Source: an uncultured Eggerthella sp. (GTDB taxonomy: Bacteria; Actinomycetota; Coriobacteriia; Coriobacteriales; Eggerthellaceae). From it: 64,000 bases of DNA. Made by a program: the position numbers and the translations under genes. Every line of letters begins with the position of its first letter. The first letter of the stretch is position 1. This document shows, piece by piece, positions 59,729-64,000 of this stretch. The notes under the pieces were generated by a model. That model ran no database searches. It saw nothing but the letters and a program-made list of their open reading frames with translations, and was not told the DNA's origin. The DNA is taken from assembly GCA_900542065.1 (NCBI GenBank), contig UQLU01000001.1, positions 105,967 to 169,966 of the forward strand, written 5' to 3'.

Positions 59729-60388
59729 ATGGCAGAACATAAAAAGACAGAAGAATACGAGGTCAGCAATAAAATATGTACGCTGCCGAATCTTCTTTCT
59801 TTTATTCGGCTTTGCATGATTCCAGCATTTTTAATCTTGCTTCTAAATGGATATAACCTCATCGCTACTCTTATTTTTGCTATTGCAGCTTCTACAGACT
59901 GGATCGATGGTCAGGTTGCTCGTCGAACCAATTCTGTGTCGAAGTTGGGCCAATTACTCGATCCTTTTGTTGATCGTTTTTTGATGATTTCTGGTGTAGT
60001 TGGTTTGTTGCTGGTTGGCAGGTTGCCAATTTGGATCGTTTTAGTGGTAGTTCTTCGCGATGTTTTTATGCTTGCTGGTAGTTCGTATCTGCTTACCCGT
60101 TGGAAAGTCCGCGTACCCGTTATTTATGCTGGTAAAGTAGCTACCACTTTCTTATATATAGGATTTGCGGGAGTTTTGCTTAATATGCCTCTCCTTGAAG
60201 GTCTGGGTTGGGTCAATGTTTCGTGGTTGCCTGCTTTTTCCTATGATTGGTATTCTTGGGGTTTTTGGTTTGTGTATGCAGGCCTTATTATGCTTGTTGG
60301 TACTACAACCTATTACATTATTAAGGGAGTACAAGGGATGAGGAATGCTCAGCGCTTAGAGCACGAGGTAGCAGGGGAGACTAAGTAG
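59729..60388 (+). CDS. pgsA: CDP-alcohol phosphatidyltransferase (PgsA-like)
   Basis: DWIDGQVARRTNSVSKLGQLLDPFVDR matches the DG..AR...G...D...D signature. Multi-TM. ATG 59729 with a GAAGGATGGGG RBS. Confidence 0.8.
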   Translation: MAEHKKTEEYEVSNKICTLPNLLSFIRLCMIPAFLILLLNGYNLIATLIFAIAASTDWIDGQVARRTNSVSKLGQLLDPFVDRFLMISGVVGLLLVGRLPIWIVLVVVLRDVFMLAGSSYLLTRWKVRVPVIYAGKVATTFLYIGFAGVLLNMPLLEGLGWVNVSWLPAFSYDWYSWGFWFVYAGLIMLVGTTTYYIIKGVQGMRNAQRLEHEVAGETK

Positions 60389-60390
60389 AA

Positions 60391-62871
60391 ATGCCTACTA
60401 AACGTCCTCGTAGCTCGCAGTTTAATTTTAGAGGTGAAGGAAAAAAGCGTGTTACTCAGCCACGAGCTGATCATGCTTCATTTTCTCGTGGCCCTCGGAC
60501 TTCGCATTTTTCTCAAACTCGTGAAAACCTCTCAGCAGCACGTGAACAGGAAAAGCCACTGTTGCGTTCATCTGCTCGCATTAATGAAATACGTACGCGC
60601 AATAAATCAGCTGATGCTGCAGCGCCACTTACCAACGCTTCTGCTTCTAAGGCGCGCCCCGTGCGTCGCCAGACAGCACCACAAGGCCAAAGAAAACCGC
60701 AGCGACCTTCTGTTGTTCAGCGAGGTTTGAAACCGAATAATAACCCATCTCAGCCCGCATCTCCTTCTTTGCCCAACTCTTCATTGAAGCGCTCAAGAGT
60801 GGTTCGCGATTCAGCGTCGCGACAGCGCTCTAATACGGCTGCAATTGCTGAACAAAATATGAGTGGTCATATTTGGAACCAGGCTAATCAAGTTCCTAAA
60901 AAAGCTGGTCGTTTAAAGGCAGGTTCGAGCGCTAAACACTCCAATGCTCGTTCTCCTTTTGCGGGATCTCGGTCTTCATCGGGTAGTAACTTTACTTCAC
61001 CAAAAGGGCCTTCAGCTCTTCATAGCGTTAAGGTAAAGCGACATTTCCCAACACGAATTGTGCTAGGTGTATTGGTGGTTATTCTGCTTTTTGCAGGCGC
61101 TACTGGCATTGATTCGTTGCTTAATGGCAATAAGATTTATCAGGGCGTATCTATTGGTGATGTTAATGTTTCTGGTTTAACCAAAGATGAGGCTATCCAA
61201 GCTGTGTCTGGATATTATTCTCCTCGTGTTTCTGATAATGTGGCGACGTTCTATACCACCCAAGAAGCGCAAGATAATCCCACGACTGCTGAAAATTCTG
61301 AAAGTATTGAAGAGCAAATCTCCTACGAAGAATCCCTGGATTCTCGAACTCAGTGGACTATTCCTTCTTCCTACTTAGATACCACCTTTAATGTTGAAGA
61401 TGTTGTAGAAAAAGCCTACCAGGTGGGTCGTTCGAATGGCAATATTATTGCGCGCATACAGGCTTCTCTTAATGGCTGGAATATTCAGCCTGAATGCACT
61501 TTTAATGAAACTACCTTATCTGAGATCCTTAAAGAAATGACCTCCGCAGTAGGATCGGAACGGGTAAATTTCAACATCGAAATGAACGATGAAGGTATTG
61601 CTTCGGTTACTTCTGGTCATGATGGCAATGAAGTAGTGCGCGATTGGCTTGTTGGTCATTTAAATGAAACGTACTTTGGCGGACAAACCGAAACAAAATA
61701 TGTGCTTGAAACTCAATATATGCCTTTGCAAATAACTGAAGAGATAGCTACTAAATGCGCCGATAAAGTGAATGCTTCTTTATCTGCTGGCGCGGTGTTT
61801 TCTTACGAAGGGCAATCTTGGAATGCTTCGCGTACCGATCTTGCGCCTTGGATTAAGACCGATGTGGTTCAAACAGGTAATACCTGGGATTTGAAACCGC
61901 TCTTTGATGAAGGCGTAGCTAAAAAGAGCCTTCTTCATTCTTTGCAGTCAAATATTCATCAGGGTGACTTACAGGTAACGTTTAGTAAAGACGATCAAGG
62001 TGCTATTTCGGTATCGAGTAATGCTACTGGTACGGTACCGTTAGTTTCTGATGCAATTAACCAGATGAATGATACATTCTTTGTGAATGATTCACGTACT
62101 GAAGCACCTACTATCGAGCTTTCTTCGACTGATTTACCCTCAACTATGTCTTTTAATGATGCTATAGATTTTGGCTTAATTTCTGAAGTCTCTTCCTTTA
62201 CTACGCAGTATTCTTCGGGTGCTGAAGCACGAACTAATAATATTCATACCGCTGCAAATCTTTTAAACAATTCAATTATTACTGCTAATGGAGGATCGTG
62301 GTCCTTTAACGATACTGCTGGTGAAGCCACTGAAGATAAGGGTTACCAAAATGCTGGCGCCATTATTGGAGGCGATTATTCTGACGCTATTGGTGGCGGT
62401 ATTTGCCAAGTAGCCACGACGGTATTCAATGCAATTTATGATGCGGGTTATCCTGTAACTGAGCGTCATAATCATACGTTGCACATTGAGAGCTATCCTG
62501 AAGGTAGAGATGCTGCAATTGCCTATCCTTACATGGACTTGGTATGGGAAAACGATTCTTCTTCTGATGTATTGCTTGTTATGAGCTACACCAATTCTTC
62601 TGTTACCTGTACGCTTTGGGGTGTTGATCCTGGATACGAAGTTTCTACCGATTATGGCGATTGGCAGGAAGGTGAACCCTATTCTGTTCAATACCGCACC
62701 GATGATACGGTAGCTTCTGGTACGGAATATGTTGAAACTACAGGAGTGAATGGAAGCAGCATTTCTATTACGCGAATCGTTAAAGATTCCGATGGTAAAG
62801 TGCTTCATGAGGATCTGTTTGAATCAAACTATTCGCCGAAGAATCAAGTTATTGTTCGAGGTACCGCTTAA
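60391..62871 (+). CDS. VanW-domain protein with a long basic disordered cytoplasmic N-terminus, one TM and a large extracytoplasmic region
   Basis: 826 aa. VanW core (IIGGDYSDAIGGGICQVATTVFNAIYDAGYPVTERHNHTLHIESYPEGRDAAIAYPYMDL) and a C-terminal G5-like region. Confidence 0.8.
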   Translation: MPTKRPRSSQFNFRGEGKKRVTQPRADHASFSRGPRTSHFSQTRENLSAAREQEKPLLRSSARINEIRTRNKSADAAAPLTNASASKARPVRRQTAPQGQRKPQRPSVVQRGLKPNNNPSQPASPSLPNSSLKRSRVVRDSASRQRSNTAAIAEQNMSGHIWNQANQVPKKAGRLKAGSSAKHSNARSPFAGSRSSSGSNFTSPKGPSALHSVKVKRHFPTRIVLGVLVVILLFAGATGIDSLLNGNKIYQGVSIGDVNVSGLTKDEAIQAVSGYYSPRVSDNVATFYTTQEAQDNPTTAENSESIEEQISYEESLDSRTQWTIPSSYLDTTFNVEDVVEKAYQVGRSNGNIIARIQASLNGWNIQPECTFNETTLSEILKEMTSAVGSERVNFNIEMNDEGIASVTSGHDGNEVVRDWLVGHLNETYFGGQTETKYVLETQYMPLQITEEIATKCADKVNASLSAGAVFSYEGQSWNASRTDLAPWIKTDVVQTGNTWDLKPLFDEGVAKKSLLHSLQSNIHQGDLQVTFSKDDQGAISVSSNATGTVPLVSDAINQMNDTFFVNDSRTEAPTIELSSTDLPSTMSFNDAIDFGLISEVSSFTTQYSSGAEARTNNIHTAANLLNNSIITANGGSWSFNDTAGEATEDKGYQNAGAIIGGDYSDAIGGGICQVATTVFNAIYDAGYPVTERHNHTLHIESYPEGRDAAIAYPYMDLVWENDSSSDVLLVMSYTNSSVTCTLWGVDPGYEVSTDYGDWQEGEPYSVQYRTDDTVASGTEYVETTGVNGSSISITRIVKDSDGKVLHEDLFESNYSPKNQVIVRGTA

Positions 62872-62893
62872 GGAAACCTATTCTTCCGTTTCT

Positions 62894-62926
62894 GCTAATA
62901 ATGCCATAATACTTATTAGCTTTTTG
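62894..62926 (+). terminator. Terminator after the VanW gene
   Basis: GCTAATAA-N11-TTATTAGC followed by TTTTT. Confidence 0.5.
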
Positions 62927-62986
62927 TATAGAACTTTCGCTTATCAATCAGCGTTAGCTCTTGTGTGCGGGTGAGAGGAGATGTAG

Positions 62987-64000
62987 GTGTTATATCAACC
63001 CGAAATCGAAACGATGGGTCGAGATGAATTAGAACAACTTCAGCTCGAACGTCTTAAGGCTTTAGTTAAGCGTGTATCGGAAACAATCCCATTTTATAAA
63101 GAATCATTCGCTAAAGCGGGTTTAAGCGCCGATGATATTACCTGCTTGGATGATCTTGCTAAATTTCCTTTCACCACTAAACAAGATATGCGTGATGCGT
63201 ATCCTTTTGAAATGTTTGCAGTGCCTAAAAGTGAAGTCGCGCGCATTCATTGTTCATCCGGCACTACGGGTACCGCAACGGTAGTTGGCTACACCCAAGC
63301 TGATCTTGATCGTTGGGGCGATTGTTTTGCACGCTTTTTATATGCTGCTAATTGCGGAAAAGAAGCAACTATTCAAGTTGCTTACGGCTACGGTTTGTTT
63401 ACTGGTGGTTTAGGCGCTCACTATGGCGGTGAACGTGCTGGTTGTACGGTACTGCCTATGTCTACTGGCAATACGAAGCGTCAAGTTCGCCTTATGCATG
63501 ATTTTGAAGTGGATGCTTTGTGTTGTACTCCTTCTTATGCGCTCAATATTGCCGATGTTGCTATAGAAGAAGGTTTTAATCCCGCTAAAGATTTCCATAT
63601 TCATGCAGCTGTCTTGGGTGCTGAGCCCTGTTCTGAATCAATGCGTAAAGAAATTCAGGATAAATTAGGCGTGCAGGTGTATGACATTTATGGCCTTTCA
63701 GAAATTATGGGTCCTGGTGTGGCTTGTGAATGCGAAATGCAGCATGGTCTTCATGTATGTGAAGATCAGTTCATTATCGAAATCGTTGATCCAAAAACCC
63801 TTCAACCTGTTCCTGATGGTGAATGGGGCGAAGTGGTATTTACGACGCTTTGCAAGGACTGTTCTCCTTTAGTTCGCTATCGCACCCGTGATATCTCTCG
63901 CATCTTGCCAGGCGAGTGTTCTTGTGGTCGTACGTTCCGCCGCATGGATCGTATTGCTGGTCGAACTGACGACATGATGATCCTTCGTGGCGTAAATGTT
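62987..64000 (+). CDS. Phenylacetate-CoA ligase (PaaK) family adenylate-forming enzyme, 3' end outside the window
   Basis: GTG start reading MLYQPEIETMGRDELEQLQLERLKALVKRV. AMP motif region (IHCSSGTTGTATVV) and typical PaaK N-terminal architecture. The ORF is open to the window end. Confidence 0.75.
   Translation, partial: MLYQPEIETMGRDELEQLQLERLKALVKRVSETIPFYKESFAKAGLSADDITCLDDLAKFPFTTKQDMRDAYPFEMFAVPKSEVARIHCSSGTTGTATVVGYTQADLDRWGDCFARFLYAANCGKEATIQVAYGYGLFTGGLGAHYGGERAGCTVLPMSTGNTKRQVRLMHDFEVDALCCTPSYALNIADVAIEEGFNPAKDFHIHAAVLGAEPCSESMRKEIQDKLGVQVYDIYGLSEIMGPGVACECEMQHGLHVCEDQFIIEIVDPKTLQPVPDGEWGEVVFTTLCKDCSPLVRYRTRDISRILPGECSCGRTFRRMDRIAGRTDDMMILRGVNV

Overview
This 64-kb window is chromosomal and gene-dense, with moderate GC. 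It reads like a Gram-positive actinobacterial genome, possibly Coriobacteriia or Atopobiaceae-like. That guess rests on the small membrane-anchored LuxR regulator, the VanW and GH25 proteins with basic disordered N-terminal tails, and the UPF0210 and DegV genes; it is inference only.

I found no rRNA, tRNA, CRISPR array, integrase or transposase. Most of the window is housekeeping. It contains xseA/xseB, convergent ackA and pta, dinB, infC-rpmI-rplT, a trigger factor that appears to lack its PPIase domain, an isolated EF-G paralog, glmS, acpS-nnrD-ligA-tlyA, an ilvA/tdcB-type threonine dehydratase divergent from ridA, rsmI, a LarE-family gene followed by mnmA, pgsA, a VanW protein and a PaaK-like ligase that runs off the 3' end.

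The three most interesting regions are:
- ~47.4-53.8 kb: a compact, non-canonical cai-like acyl-CoA locus. It has a small membrane-anchored LuxR regulator, a ~490-bp structured leader rich in C and G tracts, a CaiC-like CoA ligase, a double-hotdog MaoC-type hydratase, an MHS-family MFS transporter, a 668-bp AT-rich gene-free gap with nested inverted repeats, and a convergent CaiD-like crotonase. CaiA, CaiB and CaiT are absent.
- ~54.15-59.64 kb: a six-gene Ech-type group-4 [NiFe] hydrogenase operon in echABCDEF order. EchD and EchF carry unusual Ala/Lys/Glu-rich C-terminal tails. No hyp maturation genes, formate dehydrogenase or CO dehydrogenase lie within the window.
- ~14.5-18.5 kb: three small membrane-anchored low-complexity proteins, one with two Ltp-type repeats, followed by a translationally coupled HTH(XRE-like) and membrane Ser/Thr kinase pair.

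Other notable points are an aminotransferase-fold protein that appears to have lost the PLP-binding lysine, a 1563-aa double-ATPase activase fused to dehydratase-like domains next to a TetR gene, a ~200-bp MITE-like imperfect palindrome, and several operator-like palindromes and rho-independent terminators.
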